Notes: a model not told the origin generated them from the letters alone. Counted from the stretch's first letter, positions 1 through 11,542 are shown. The stretch is DNA of 50,413 nucleotides from Phyllobacteriaceae bacterium (GCA_031401375.1 JANNRN010000044.1:1-50413), one strand, 5' to 3'. A program made the numbers and translations.

Positions 1-383
1 TCGACAATCTTGCGCCAGCGCTGCCAGCGGTGGAAGTTCTTCAGGTTGTCAGCGCCCATCAGCCAGACGAAGTTCACATTTGGGTTGCGTGTCTTGACGA
101 GGTCCAGGGTGTCGGCGGTGAAACGGACGCGGTGTGAAGCCTCAAAGGCGGTCACTTTGATGCGCGGGTCCTCAGTCAGCGCTTCGCAGGCGGCAATGCG
201 ATCCGACAGCGGCATCAGTTCCCGCACGCTTTTGAGCGGATTGCCGGGTGTGACCATCCACCAGAGCTGATCAAGGTCAAGGCGGCGAAGCGCGATTTCG
301 GCCAGCAGGACATGTCCGGCATGCGGCGGATTGAAAGAGCCGCCAAACAGGCCGACCGCCATCCCGGCCTCGACATGGGGCAT
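1..383 (-). CDS. nadD: nicotinate-nucleotide adenylyltransferase, C-terminal part cut by the window edge
   Basis: Absent from the ORF track because it runs off the window. Reverse-strand translation from ATG 383 (alternative ATG 362) gives MPHVEAGMAVGLFGGSFNPPHAGHVLLAE..WWMVTPGNPLK..WLMGADNL, with the GxFxPxHxGH nucleotidyltransferase motif. It sits in the conserved position after proA. Confidence 0.85.
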   Translation of the reverse strand, partial: MPHVEAGMAVGLFGGSFNPPHAGHVLLAEIALRRLDLDQLWWMVTPGNPLKSVRELMPLSDRIAACEALTEDPRIKVTAFEASHRVRFTADTLDLVKTRNPNVNFVWLMGADNLKNFHRWQRWRKIV

Positions 384-430
384 AACAAGGTATCTCTCCG
401 CCACGCCATCGGGCGTCTGCGCCGCTGCAA

Positions 431-1723
431 TCACGGTCTTGTCTGACCATTCCCGCGCACGCGGTATTTGAAGGAGGTCAGCTGCTCGACGCCAACCGGT
501 CCGCGCGCATGCATCTTGCCGGTGGCGATGCCGATCTCGGCGCCCATGCCGAATTCACCGCCATCGGCAAATTGCGTAGAGGCATTGTGCAGGAGAATGG
601 CCGAGTCGATCTCGTTGAAGAAACGCTCGACAACTACCGGGTCCTCGGCGATCACCGCTTCGGTATGGCTGGAGGACCAGTGCTGGATATGTTCGATCGC
701 GCCGGAAATGCCGTCCACCAGCCGCACGGAAATGATGGCGTCGAGATACTCGGTTGACCAGTCGGCATCGGTCGCGGCCTTGGCGGAAGGGAACGCGCGC
801 ACCACGTCCCTGTCACCGCGGATTTCGCAGCCTTTGCCGGCAAGGTCTTCAAGGATGGGTTTCAAATGTGTGGCGGCGGCGGCGCGGTCGATCAGCAACG
901 TCTCCGCCGAACCGCAAATGCCGGTGCGGCGCAGCTTGGAATTGACGACAATTTTCCGCGCCATTTCAAGGTCCGCAGACTTATCGACATAAACGTGGCA
1001 GAGGCCTTCCAGATGCGCGAATACCGGCACACGCGCTTCGGCCTGCACCCGCGCCACAAGGCTCTTGCCGCCGCGCGGCACAATCACGTCGATGGCGCCG
1101 TTAAGGCCCTTGAGCATTTCCCCAACGGCGGCGCGGTCATTTACCGGGACGAGCTGAATGCATTCCGCCGGAAGACCCGCTTTGACAAGACCTTCAACAA
1201 GGCATTTGTGGATCGCCGCCGATGTGTGCACGCAATCCGAACCGCCGCGCAAAATCACGGCATTGCCGGACTTGAGGCACAGCGCGCCTGCGTCAGCGGT
1301 CACATTCGGACGGCTCTCGTAGATGACACCGATCACGCCCAATGGCGTGCGCACCCGCTCGATATGGAGGCCGTTCGGCCGGTCCCATTCGGCAATGATC
1401 TCGCCGACAGGGTCCTTCAGTTCCGCAATCGAACGGATCGAATCGACAATGGCGCGAATGCGGGTCTTGTCGAGTAGCAAACGGTCAAGCATGGAGGGCG
1501 CGAGCCGTGCCTCCTGCCCCAGCGCCAAGTCCAGCGCATTGGCAGTCAGGATGGTGTCGTTGGCCGCGTTGATCGCCTCAGCCATGCCGGTCAGCGCGGC
1601 GAATTTGCGCTCAGCCGTCGCCACTGCCAGCGCCGTTGCGGCCAATCTGGCGCGGCGGCCCATGTCCCGCATCAGCGCGGCAATATCGGTTTTTTCCGCC
1701 GGGTTCTGCATGGCTCCCGTCAT
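431..1723 (-). CDS. proA: gamma-glutamyl phosphate reductase
   Basis: 430-aa ORF with [30 protein letters not shown] and [32 protein letters not shown]. Its start overlaps the proB stop as ATGA. Confidence 0.95.
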   Translation of the reverse strand: MTGAMQNPAEKTDIAALMRDMGRRARLAATALAVATAERKFAALTGMAEAINAANDTILTANALDLALGQEARLAPSMLDRLLLDKTRIRAIVDSIRSIAELKDPVGEIIAEWDRPNGLHIERVRTPLGVIGVIYESRPNVTADAGALCLKSGNAVILRGGSDCVHTSAAIHKCLVEGLVKAGLPAECIQLVPVNDRAAVGEMLKGLNGAIDVIVPRGGKSLVARVQAEARVPVFAHLEGLCHVYVDKSADLEMARKIVVNSKLRRTGICGSAETLLIDRAAAATHLKPILEDLAGKGCEIRGDRDVVRAFPSAKAATDADWSTEYLDAIISVRLVDGISGAIEHIQHWSSSHTEAVIAEDPVVVERFFNEIDSAILLHNASTQFADGGEFGMGAEIGIATGKMHARGPVGVEQLTSFKYRVRGNGQTRP

Positions 1724-2850
1724 TTCATCTTGGCGCTCACCGCCATGTCATCGCGATGGATCATGGCGGCGCGGGCTTCATAGCCCAAAATGCCGGGAAT
1801 GTCGGCAGTTTTCTTGCCGGCGATCTTCACGGCGTCGCCCGCGTCATAGGAGATGAGGCCACGCGCGGCTTCGCGGCCATCCGGTCCGAAGACCGCTACC
1901 GTGTCGCCGCGCTCGAAATTGCCGGACACGGATTTGACGCCCGCCGCCAGCAGCGACTTTCCCGACAGGAGCGCTGCCAGAGCGCCGTCATCAACCGTCA
2001 ACCGCCCTGCCGGTTCGAGATTTCCGGCGATCCACGTCTTATAGGCGCTGACGGGGCTCGCGCTCGGCTTGAACAGGGTGGCGCGTTCACCCTTGTCGAT
2101 GGCGCTGAGCGGGTTCATGCGCGTGCCCGAGGCGATGATCATCGCCGTTCCGGCAGCGGTGGCGATCTTGCCGGCCTCGAGCTTGGTTTTCATGCCGCCG
2201 CGCGAAATCTCCGAGGCTGGCGCGCCCGCCATCAATTCGATCTGCGGGGTGATTTTCTCAACAAGCGCCAGGTGCCTTGCTTCGGGGTCGAGATGCGGCG
2301 GGGCGGAGTAGAGGCCGTCAATGTCAGACAGAAGAATGAGCAGGTCCGCGCCCATCATCGTGGCGACGCGGGCGGCGAGCCGGTCATTGTCGCCATAACG
2401 GATTTCGCTCGTCGCCACCGTATCGTTTTCATTGATGATCGGCACGGATTTCAGCCGCAGCAAGGTGCCGATGGTGGCGCGGGCGTTGAGGTAGCGCCGC
2501 CGCTCTTCCGTGTCGCCCAGCGTCAGCAGAATCTGGCTGGTCGTCAGCCCGTGCCTGCCAAGCACTTCGTCATAGGCGCGGGCGAGCGCGATCTGGCCGA
2601 CGGCGGCGGCAGCCTGGCTTTCCTCGAGTTTCAGCGCACCCTTGGGCAGTTTCAAAACAGTGCGGCCAAGCGCGATGGCGCCGGAGGAAACCACCAGCAC
2701 GTCCACGCCCGATTTGGCGAGTGCGGCAATGTCCTGTCCAAGACTGTCAAGCCAAGCGCGTTTGAGGCCGCTCTCCCGGTCCACCAAAAGCGCGGAGCCG
2801 ATCTTTACAACGATGCGATGATAGGATTTCAGCAGTTTCACGCTTGCCAA
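1720..2850 (-). CDS. proB: glutamate 5-kinase
   Basis: 376-aa ORF with [32 protein letters not shown] and a C-terminal PUA-like region. The apparent start codon is TTG. Confidence 0.95.
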   Translation of the reverse strand: MASVKLLKSYHRIVVKIGSALLVDRESGLKRAWLDSLGQDIAALAKSGVDVLVVSSGAIALGRTVLKLPKGALKLEESQAAAAVGQIALARAYDEVLGRHGLTTSQILLTLGDTEERRRYLNARATIGTLLRLKSVPIINENDTVATSEIRYGDNDRLAARVATMMGADLLILLSDIDGLYSAPPHLDPEARHLALVEKITPQIELMAGAPASEISRGGMKTKLEAGKIATAAGTAMIIASGTRMNPLSAIDKGERATLFKPSASPVSAYKTWIAGNLEPAGRLTVDDGALAALLSGKSLLAAGVKSVSGNFERGDTVAVFGPDGREAARGLISYDAGDAVKIAGKKTADIPGILGYEARAAMIHRDDMAVSAKMK

Positions 2851-2851
2851 T

Positions 2852-4509
<1,658 letters not shown>

Positions 4510-4532
<23 letters not shown>

Positions 4533-5046
4533 CCGCTATGGTTCGGTCGCCATCGCGATACACTGGGTCACCGCTATCCTGATTATTGGCCTGGTCATTG
4601 CCGGGTTCATCGCGGCCGACACGGCGGATTCAGCGGCAAAGGCGTCAATCCTGCGCGTGCATGCCCCGCTCGGCGCCGCCGTGCTGGCGCTCACCATTTT
4701 CCGCATTTTCTGGTGGCAGTTTGCCGACAAAAAACCAGCCTCTGTCGGGGGCATTCCAAGGTATCAGGAAGTGGCGGCGAAGGCCGTGCATGGCCTGCTC
4801 TATATCGCCGTCATCGGCCTTGCCGTTTCGGGAATTGTGATGATTGCCCTGTCAGGCGCTGGAGAAATCCTGTTCGGCGATGCGCCGGGGCCGCTGCCGG
4901 ATTTCTGGGATTTCGCGCCACGCTACGGCCATGCGATCCTTGCCCGGTTGATGGTCGCACTGTTCGTCTTTCACGCGGGCGCTGCCCTTTATCACCAATT
5001 TGTCCGCAAGGACCGCCTTCTTTCACGCATGGGAATGGGACGATGA
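4510..5046 (+). CDS. cytochrome b561 family protein (CybB-like)
   Basis: Four TM helices with conserved His residues (AIHWVTA, RVHAPLG, AVHGLLY, FHAGAALYH). Overlaps the end of the MarR gene. Confidence 0.85.
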
Positions 5047-5495
5047 TGAGACGTTATTTGCCGGTCCTGTCTGTCGCGCTCGCGGCGCTTTTCTTCGGCA
5101 TTGCGCTCTATATCACAATTGCTGAACAGCCGGCGCGCCTCGCTCTTGCCGATGCGCCGTTGCTGGCGGAATGGAAGGTCAGTTTCGAGGTCGGGTTCAT
5201 GGTGCAGGGAACCCTGACCATTCTGGCGGGCCTTTGCGGCATGGCCGCGTGGTGGTTCGTCCGCGATTGGCGCTTCCTCGCCGGCGGCCTGTTCATGCTG
5301 GCAAACTGGCCCTGGACCCTTATGATGATTGCGCCGATCAACAACGCTCTCACCGGCACTGCCGCGGAAGCAGCCTCGCCGGCCAGCCGCGCGCTCATTG
5401 AACAATGGGGGCAGGTCCACTCGGTGCGCACCGCGTTTGCCCTGATCGGCACGCTACTCTTCACATGGGGCTTGGCGCGCCGTCAAAGCGCGTGA
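5043..5495 (+). CDS. DUF1772 (anthrone oxygenase-like) membrane protein
   Basis: 150-aa hydrophobic protein MMRRYLPVLSVALAALFFGIALYITIAEQPARL.. The ATG overlaps the stop of the b561 gene. It is the in-frame distal part of track ORF 4713..5495. Confidence 0.7.
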   Translation: MMRRYLPVLSVALAALFFGIALYITIAEQPARLALADAPLLAEWKVSFEVGFMVQGTLTILAGLCGMAAWWFVRDWRFLAGGLFMLANWPWTLMMIAPINNALTGTAAEAASPASRALIEQWGQVHSVRTAFALIGTLLFTWGLARRQSA

Positions 5496-5504
5496 GTGCG
5501 GCGC

Positions 5505-6002
5505 CTACCGCTCGAAATCCACTTTCACCTTGGCCACCGGCAATCCATATTTTGTCACCAGCGCGCGGTTCGCGATGGTCTTGCCATCGGCGGAGAGGAT
5601 CATCGTGTCCCAGAAGCGCACGATGTTCTTGCCCGGTCCTTCGTCAAGATCGACGAGATAGGTGAATTTGGCGCGGTTGCCTGAGATGCGCACGGTCGTG
5701 GTTCCGATCACATCTTCGCGCGTGCCGGTGTAAAGGCCGGGGCCTTTCTTGGTGAATTTCCACGTCTTGCGGTCCTTCTCGCCATCGGCATAGACGAAGT
5801 CCTCGACCAGCGTCAGCAATTGGCCGTTGAACCTGCCCTTGAGCCGGACATCGAATGTGCGCTTGACGCCATTGATCGCGGAAAACGAGCCGGTCGCCCG
5901 TGTGTTGCCGGTGAAGTAGCCTTCAAGTGTAAAAGCGCTGGCGGCAGCGGGAATGGCAAGTGTGGTAAGGGACAGCAGGGATGCAACATAAAGGCGGAAC
6001 AT
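5505..6002 (-). CDS. secreted DUF3833-like protein
   Basis: 165 aa with signal peptide MFRLYVASLLSLTTLAIPAAASA, then FTLEGYFTGNTRATG..; the family call is from memory. Confidence 0.6.
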   Translation of the reverse strand: MFRLYVASLLSLTTLAIPAAASAFTLEGYFTGNTRATGSFSAINGVKRTFDVRLKGRFNGQLLTLVEDFVYADGEKDRKTWKFTKKGPGLYTGTREDVIGTTTVRISGNRAKFTYLVDLDEGPGKNIVRFWDTMILSADGKTIANRALVTKYGLPVAKVKVDFER

Positions 6003-6169
6003 CAGGACCTCTCAAATGACCAGTTTCCCTGTTTTACGTTGGCTGCAGTGATTGGATTGCCTGGGGCCATTCCGCTTTTGCCTGTATCGTCAAAAGCAAA
6101 GGACAATTCGCCAACTCAGCAACTTGGGGGCACCCTCATTTGCGTGAAATGCCGATGCGCCTCAGGCGT

Positions 6170-6850
6170 TCATTGGCAAAATTTCGAGATGCCCTTCGCG
6201 CCGCGCGGCTCGATGTCGATATGGATGTGATTGGCGTGCGAAGGATCAGCGCCCGGCCCCAAAACCGTATTGAACGCCTCACATGCAGCTATGCGCAAGC
6301 GTGTGAGGAATTTCGCATCCGCCGCACCGTCCGGTTTCTCGACCACGATCTTCTGCCCACCGGCTAGTTCCAGTTCCATGATGTCGACCGCATTGCCCTG
6401 ACCATGGCTCGACATCTTGGCCCCTGCCTGCCTGTTGCGCGGGCGGCATTCATAGCCGGGACCCGTAGAGATCGAGTCAATCTGTTTGCCATGGGCGCTG
6501 AGCGCCATGGGCCCGGCTACATCCGCCGAAAACCGCGCCAGCCGCTCGGCCATCGCACAGGACAGCAACGGACGGTCGGGGAAAAGGATGGTTTGGCCGG
6601 AATGTGCGGTGATGGAAGTCAGGACGACGGGTTCGGCGACGACGCAGGCAGTGTAAGGCGGGGCGGGAATTGCGGCAGGGCGTTCGGCTTTGATGCCCGT
6701 GATGGCGAGACGGGTGAAGCAGTCGGGTTTGGTCAGGATGGACGGCGGGGAACTGGCTTGCCCGGCGGCGGAACTTGCGAAGGACGCAAGGATTGCGAGC
6801 GTTGAGAAGAGCCAGCCGGCTGGAAGCAAGGCGCGTCTGATGTAAGTCAT
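6170..6850 (-). CDS. extensin-like C-terminal domain protein (secreted)
   Basis: Signal-like N-terminus MTYIRRALLPAGWLFSTLAILASFASSAAG and C-terminal ..YECRPRNRQAGAKMSSHGQGNAVDI..GPGADPSHANHIHIDIE. Internal ATG 6850 is used. Confidence 0.7.
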   Translation of the reverse strand: MTYIRRALLPAGWLFSTLAILASFASSAAGQASSPPSILTKPDCFTRLAITGIKAERPAAIPAPPYTACVVAEPVVLTSITAHSGQTILFPDRPLLSCAMAERLARFSADVAGPMALSAHGKQIDSISTGPGYECRPRNRQAGAKMSSHGQGNAVDIMELELAGGQKIVVEKPDGAADAKFLTRLRIAACEAFNTVLGPGADPSHANHIHIDIEPRGAKGISKFCQ

Positions 6851-6957
6851 GGGGCAGTGTGTGGCAATTCCAGGCCAGCGTCTATCGGGACTTTCAAGCA
6901 GCCAAAGCACATGATATATTCTTACTAAATCTTTATCGATCAAAAGGCGTTAAGAAA

Positions 6958-7170
6958 ATGTCAGACACCGCAACCCTTTCGTCAAAATTCCAGATTTCGA
7001 TTCCAAAAGCCGTGCGCAACGCGCGGCAATGGAAGGCGGGGCAGGAGTTTGTTTTTGTGCCGAAGGGCAAGGGCATGTTGTTGATGCCTGTGCCGGAACT
7101 CGATGATTTGAAGGGTTTGGCCAAAGGCGCCAAAACTCAAGACGTGCGCGACCGGCAAGACCGGTTCTGA
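6958..7170 (+). CDS. vapB: AbrB/MazE/SpoVT-type antitoxin VapB
   Basis: 70 aa, MSDTATLSSKFQISIPKAVRNARQWKAGQEFVFVP (swapped-hairpin AbrB motif). Directly precedes and abuts the PIN gene. Confidence 0.85.
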   Translation: MSDTATLSSKFQISIPKAVRNARQWKAGQEFVFVPKGKGMLLMPVPELDDLKGLAKGAKTQDVRDRQDRF

Positions 7171-7547
7171 TGCTGGTTGTCGATACATCGGCATGGATCG
7201 AGTGGCTCATTGACGGGCCGCTGACGGCAGAAATCGCCAAACACATGCCGCCCCGCGATGAATGTATCGTGCCGACGCTTGTGCAGCATGAAATGGCGAA
7301 ATGGCTTCTGCGCGAGCGCGGCGAGGCAGAGGCGGACGAGTTCATCGCCTATACGCAAATGTGCGTTGTCGTGCCGCTCGATACGCCGATAGCGCTTGCC
7401 GCCGCAGTCCCGTGCCGCCAGCACCGGCTCGCGACCGCCGACGCCGTGATCTACGCGACGGCGCTCAGCCGCGAAGCGGGGCTGCTGACATGTGACAAGC
7501 ACTTTGAGGGGCTGGCGGGGGTGGCGCTGGTGCGGAAGGGCGGGTGA
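7170..7547 (+). CDS. vapC: PIN-domain ribonuclease toxin VapC
   Basis: 125 aa; MLVVDTSAWIEWL (first acidic PIN residue) and a later ..TADAVIYATAL..LLTCDKHF. Confidence 0.88.
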   Translation: MLVVDTSAWIEWLIDGPLTAEIAKHMPPRDECIVPTLVQHEMAKWLLRERGEAEADEFIAYTQMCVVVPLDTPIALAAAVPCRQHRLATADAVIYATALSREAGLLTCDKHFEGLAGVALVRKGG

Positions 7548-7572
7548 GGGTTGTTCATGTTGCATTCCGTTA

Positions 7573-7601
7573 TTGATGGTTAGTTGGTTTCAAACCATCA
7601 A
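7573..7601. terminator. 9-bp perfect hairpin between convergent vapC and the HTH gene
   Basis: TTGATGGTT-agttggtttca-AACCATCAA read directly in AT-rich surroundings. A further AACCATC copy lies at about 7615. Confidence 0.45.
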
Positions 7602-7658
7602 GATGATAATTAATAACCATCGTGAAGACAGATCATAACAGACGCCGCATCGCTCAAT

Positions 7659-7994
7659 TCATCCTTGGACTTTCGCCGTCAGTTCAATATTCAACGCCTT
7701 CATCACGGCGAGCGCCGTCTTCAAGGTTGGATTGCCATTCTCGCTGAACGAGCGGTAAAGCTGTTCGCGGGAGAGGCCGGTCTGTCCGGCAATCTGCGTC
7801 ATCCCTTTGGCGCGGGCGACGACACCAAGCGCCTTGGCGATAAACGCCGCATTGCCGGTTTCGAACGCATCCGCCATGAAGAACGCGATTTCCTCTTCAT
7901 TGACCAAGGCGGCGGCGGGGTCATAGGCGGTTAGGTGTTTGGGCATGTCAGTGGCTCCGTTCCTTGGCGGCAGATCATTCCCAAGAACTTTCAT
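7659..7994 (-). CDS. HigA-type 'addiction module antidote' HTH protein, no cognate HigB/RelE gene present
   Basis: ..LTAYDPAAALVNEEEIAFFMADAFETGNAAFIAKALGVVARAKGMTQIAGQTGLSREQLYRSFSENGNPTLKTALAVMKALNIEL matches the antidote HTH family by eye. ATG 7994 overlaps the RloB stop as ATGA (alternative ATG 7946). Confidence 0.8.
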   Translation of the reverse strand: MKVLGNDLPPRNGATDMPKHLTAYDPAAALVNEEEIAFFMADAFETGNAAFIAKALGVVARAKGMTQIAGQTGLSREQLYRSFSENGNPTLKTALAVMKALNIELTAKVQG

Positions 7995-8554
7995 AGCAGG
8001 CCGATGTTTCGGAGAAATACAGCAAATGAGCGGTGGCTCGCAGAAAGCCGAATTACGTCACCAATTGTAATCTTTTGACGCAACTGCTGTCTGGTCACGG
8101 GCTTTTCATAATCTGGCCAAACCCGACGCAAGTCATGTTCAGCAAGTATGGATGTTGGCGGAGCACGACTAATATGGCCATCGAAATGGTTCAACAAAAA
8201 GGCCTCATGGCAAGGCGTTTGCCAGATTATTGTAATTCTCTGTGCTGCGGCGAGAGTTTCTAACTCCTGGCGTTGTTGCGGAAATCCATCAATTTGGTCG
8301 GAATCAATCAAAACAGCCATGTGCTGAAATTTGGTCCGGTTCCTTGCGTGCTTGGCGATTTCCTTCTGGGCTCTTATCAATCGAGCGCGCGGATCACCGG
8401 CGCCGGGACTAAGGTTCACAACTTCAATATGAAACGGCAGCCCTTTTTCGTTCAGCGCGCCATTCAAGAACTGGCCATAGGATTGCTCGGATTCACCCTC
8501 GCAGCCGAGAAAGACTGGAGTGCGAGGTTCGATAATGGCTCTTCTGCCAGTCAT
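7991..8554 (-). CDS. RloB-like (TOPRIM-like) protein, AbiLii-like
   Basis: 187 aa; N-terminal VFLGCEGESEQSYGQFL and later AVLIDSDQ, the CEGxxE and DxD pattern of RloB proteins. ATGA overlap with the upstream ATPase gene. Confidence 0.75.
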   Translation of the reverse strand: MTGRRAIIEPRTPVFLGCEGESEQSYGQFLNGALNEKGLPFHIEVVNLSPGAGDPRARLIRAQKEIAKHARNRTKFQHMAVLIDSDQIDGFPQQRQELETLAAAQRITIIWQTPCHEAFLLNHFDGHISRAPPTSILAEHDLRRVWPDYEKPVTRQQLRQKITIGDVIRLSASHRSFAVFLRNIGLL

Positions 8555-9768
8555 CCGATTTGTGGAACAGCGCCGTAAGTGCCGCCCAGATATTTCTTGT
8601 AAAGGTTGTCAACACGCAGAGCAGCCTTCACATCCATGAGAGAGTAAATCCGTGATCTCCCACGATGGTCCTTCTCACATAAGACGACCTCTTCCTTCAA
8701 CAGGTCATCCAGCAGCGAGACGGAATGACACGACATCCATATCTGAGCCTTGTTTGGATTACGGGCTGAATCGTAGAACCAGCGCATGATTTCGGGTAAG
8801 ATCAATGGATGAATCGATTGATCGAGTTCGTCTATGACGGCAATTCCACCGCGCTGAAGGGCAAGCAAGAGAAAGGGAAATATGCGGATGAACGAACGGG
8901 TGCCTTGGCTTTCCAACAGCCATGGCATTTGATGGCGAAGCCCTTCGTGCTTGAAAAGCGCGGCAGGTCCGGTCGCAGTTTGCACTATCTGCATTTGTTC
9001 AACACCAACGTCTATTCGCTGTAACTCCCGGTTCAGTGCTTCAACGATGCCAGGATTGAGGGCGAGGAACTGTATGGCGTCAGCATCGTTCGGGTCGGTT
9101 CGGTCGATCAAGATGTTCCTGATCACGGTTTCAGCTGATTGAACCAGCGCTTTCGCCGCCGGATGCTCAAAAAGCGCCAATGTTGCCACGACGCTCGCAT
9201 TTGGCCGAACTTTGTCGATAATTTTGCTAAAGCCAGTGAGCGGAAATGACTTTGAGCCCTTAATTACGTCGCTTTGCCGTTCATACACACGAACCCATCT
9301 GCCCTGACCATTCGGCTTTTGGAGCAAGGCTTCTCGCCAGACTTTGTCAATTGCTCCATCCTTTGGATGAAGCTCAAGCTCGTAACGATAAGTTCCGTAC
9401 CTTGTTTTGGAACTCGCCGCCTCTCGCACCTCCGAAGAAAGCTCCATCGGGCCGCCAATTTCGACGGCAAGCCGGATAGGCGCATTTGACGATATTTCAT
9501 CGTTGAAAGGTTCACATGGCAAATTCCCAGTATGCTGGAAACTGTCCTTAAGAAACCACGAAATGAAGGCCAAGGCCTTCAGGACCGTTGATTTTCCCGA
9601 CCCATTAGCGCCAAACACGGCCACTACTTTTGGCACGCGCTCACTTGCTCCCTCAAAAATTGGAGCGAATCTTTCCGGGTACTCTGGCACACTCTTTGAA
9701 ATCCGCAGATCAATTACCTGCAAATCTCTTATTGAATAGAAATTCTCGATCTCTAATCGGTATAGCAT
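8551..9768 (-). CDS. ABC/SMC-like AAA_21-type ATPase, AbiLi/RloA-like
   Basis: MLYRLEIENFYSIRD.., Walker A GANGSGKST, signature-like ESQGTRS, Walker B IAVIDELDQSIHP and H-loop SCHS. ATG 9768 is preferred over the TTG at 9804. Confidence 0.8.
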   Translation of the reverse strand: MLYRLEIENFYSIRDLQVIDLRISKSVPEYPERFAPIFEGASERVPKVVAVFGANGSGKSTVLKALAFISWFLKDSFQHTGNLPCEPFNDEISSNAPIRLAVEIGGPMELSSEVREAASSKTRYGTYRYELELHPKDGAIDKVWREALLQKPNGQGRWVRVYERQSDVIKGSKSFPLTGFSKIIDKVRPNASVVATLALFEHPAAKALVQSAETVIRNILIDRTDPNDADAIQFLALNPGIVEALNRELQRIDVGVEQMQIVQTATGPAALFKHEGLRHQMPWLLESQGTRSFIRIFPFLLLALQRGGIAVIDELDQSIHPLILPEIMRWFYDSARNPNKAQIWMSCHSVSLLDDLLKEEVVLCEKDHRGRSRIYSLMDVKAALRVDNLYKKYLGGTYGAVPQIG

Positions 9769-9880
9769 GCGCTTACAAATACACCTGCGAAATGCCAATT
9801 TCAACAGAAAAAACTCAAATTTGTCCTTTCACGCAATAGATGCCGTGATTTAAAGTCTTCTTACAGGTGTGCGACTGACC

Positions 9881-10468
9881 TCACCGCCACCCCTTCAAAC
9901 TCGCCCACACCCGTCTGTCCAGCGTGAAATGCTCGGCAGAAAACTGTCCGGCGGCGATTGAGTTCAGCAGGCCGATGCCGGTGAATTGAAATCCGCATTT
10001 TTCGATGACCCGGCGCGAGGCGGTGTTGGCGAGGCGGCAGCGTGTGTGCAGCCGTTCGACGGCGAGGCGGTCAAAGGCCAGGTCAACCAGCGCGTGCGCG
10101 GCTTCGGTGGCATAGCCCTTGCCCCAATGCGACTCGCCCAGCCAAAAGCCGAGCTGCAGCTTGCCGTCACGATCGCTGGACAGACCCGCGCAGCCGAGGA
10201 AGCCGCCACTCTGTTTTGAGGTCACCGCATAGGTTGAGGCCGAGCGGTCAGGCTCGCCGGCGCGGCAGATGAAAACCTCGGCGTCTCCCCGCGTATAGGG
10301 ATGCGGCATGCCGGTCATCATGGCGGCGACCTTGATGTTGTTGGCAAGCCGGGCGAGCTGTTCAGCGTCCGCCATGCGCGGTTCGCGCAGGACCAGACGA
10401 TGGGTGGCAAGGACCGGCGCCTCATGCCGGTCCTTCAGAAACTCTCGTTCACTTTCGCACGCGGCCAT
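9881..10468 (-). CDS. GNAT family N-acetyltransferase (RimJ/RimL-like)
   Basis: ..HRLVLREPRMADAEQL..MPHPY..LGFWLGESHWGKGYATEA..NTASRRVIEKCGF. ATG 10468 is preceded by GGAGGA. Confidence 0.85.
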   Translation of the reverse strand: MAACESEREFLKDRHEAPVLATHRLVLREPRMADAEQLARLANNIKVAAMMTGMPHPYTRGDAEVFICRAGEPDRSASTYAVTSKQSGGFLGCAGLSSDRDGKLQLGFWLGESHWGKGYATEAAHALVDLAFDRLAVERLHTRCRLANTASRRVIEKCGFQFTGIGLLNSIAAGQFSAEHFTLDRRVWASLKGWR

Positions 10469-10540
10469 CTTCTTTCCTCCAACCAATTGTTTTGCGTATT
10501 TCCGGACGGAAACCCGGTTCCCGCTTTTCCTGGAAATGCT

Positions 10541-11146
10541 TCAGGCGTCGTGGCAGGGTTGAACGCAGGACAGATCCCGTTGCGCAGGCGCAGCGATGAC
10601 CCCACGGCTCACCCGTCCGGCGTCGGCGCGAACGAAGTCGGCGCGCGTCAGCACGGTTTGATATTCCGGCACCATTTCATTGCGCGCGCTTGACCATTTC
10701 AAACCGTTGCCCGCCAGCTTGAACCCGAGCTTTTCCTGCACATTGAACGAGGCGTTGTTTTCCTTGAACACCGCTGATTCAATGCGCTCGATAGTGCGCG
10801 TTGAAAAGGCATGACGGATGAGCGCAGCCGCCCCTTCCGTCGCAAAGCCCTTGCCCCAGAAGGGTTCGGCCAGCCAGTAGCCAAGTTCGGGCGTGCCTGA
10901 AAGACCCTCGATCGAGACGACGCCAATCAGCCGTTCGCGGTGCATGGTGAACACCAGATCCTCGCCGGCATCGACGTTTTTCGAGATGCGTTCGATCCAT
11001 TCCATGGCGTCAGCGCGGAAATAGGGATGCGGCACGCGGGCGAGCATGCGCGAGACATTCCAGTTGCTGATGAAATCGGCGATATCGTCCGCGTCCACCT
11101 CGAGAGGAGGGCGCAGCGTCAGGCGCTTGGTGACCAGGATGTCCAT
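10541..11146 (-). CDS. GNAT family N-acetyltransferase (RimJ/RimL-like), paralogue of the previous gene
   Basis: MDILVTKRLTLRPP..VPHPY..LGYWLAEPFWGKGFATE..NNASFNVQEKLGF. ATG 11146 is preceded by GGAGG. Confidence 0.85.
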   Translation of the reverse strand: MDILVTKRLTLRPPLEVDADDIADFISNWNVSRMLARVPHPYFRADAMEWIERISKNVDAGEDLVFTMHRERLIGVVSIEGLSGTPELGYWLAEPFWGKGFATEGAAALIRHAFSTRTIERIESAVFKENNASFNVQEKLGFKLAGNGLKWSSARNEMVPEYQTVLTRADFVRADAGRVSRGVIAAPAQRDLSCVQPCHDA

Positions 11147-11162
11147 TGTTTGCCTCCAGAAG

Positions 11163-11198
11163 AAAAAAGGGAAGATGGCGGCCCATCTTCCCTTTTTT
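11163..11198 (-). terminator. rho-independent (bidirectional-looking) terminator after rpmA
   Basis: AAAAAA-GGGAAGATGG-cggc-CCATCTTCCC-TTTTTT: a perfect 10-bp stem flanked by A and T runs, about 65 nt downstream of the rpmA stop. Confidence 0.8.
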
Positions 11199-11261
11199 GA
11201 TCTCTGGAGTTTCCAGACACCGGGTCCGATGGGACGCCGGTGTTTGTTAAAAACTACCGGC

Positions 11262-11531
11262 TTATTCTGCGGCCTCCGCTTTCGGCATGACCGAAATGAA
11301 ACAGCGGTTGTTGGCTTTGGTGTTGAACACCACGGTGCCCGCAACGGTCGCGAAAATGGTGTGGTCCTTGCCCAGACCTACACCGGTTCCGGGATGCCAC
11401 TGGGTTCCGCGTTGGCGGGCAATGATGTTGCCGGCAAGGACGCTCTGTCCGCCGGACTTCTTCAGGCCGAGGCGTTGCGAGGCCGAGTCGCGGCCGTTGC
11501 GCGATGAACCGCCAGCTTTCTTGTGTGCCAT
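11262..11531 (-). CDS. rpmA: 50S ribosomal protein L27
   Basis: [43 protein letters not shown].. Confidence 0.97.
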   Translation of the reverse strand: MAHKKAGGSSRNGRDSASQRLGLKKSGGQSVLAGNIIARQRGTQWHPGTGVGLGKDHTIFATVAGTVVFNTKANNRCFISVMPKAEAAE

Positions 11532-11542
11532 GGGTTTTCTCC

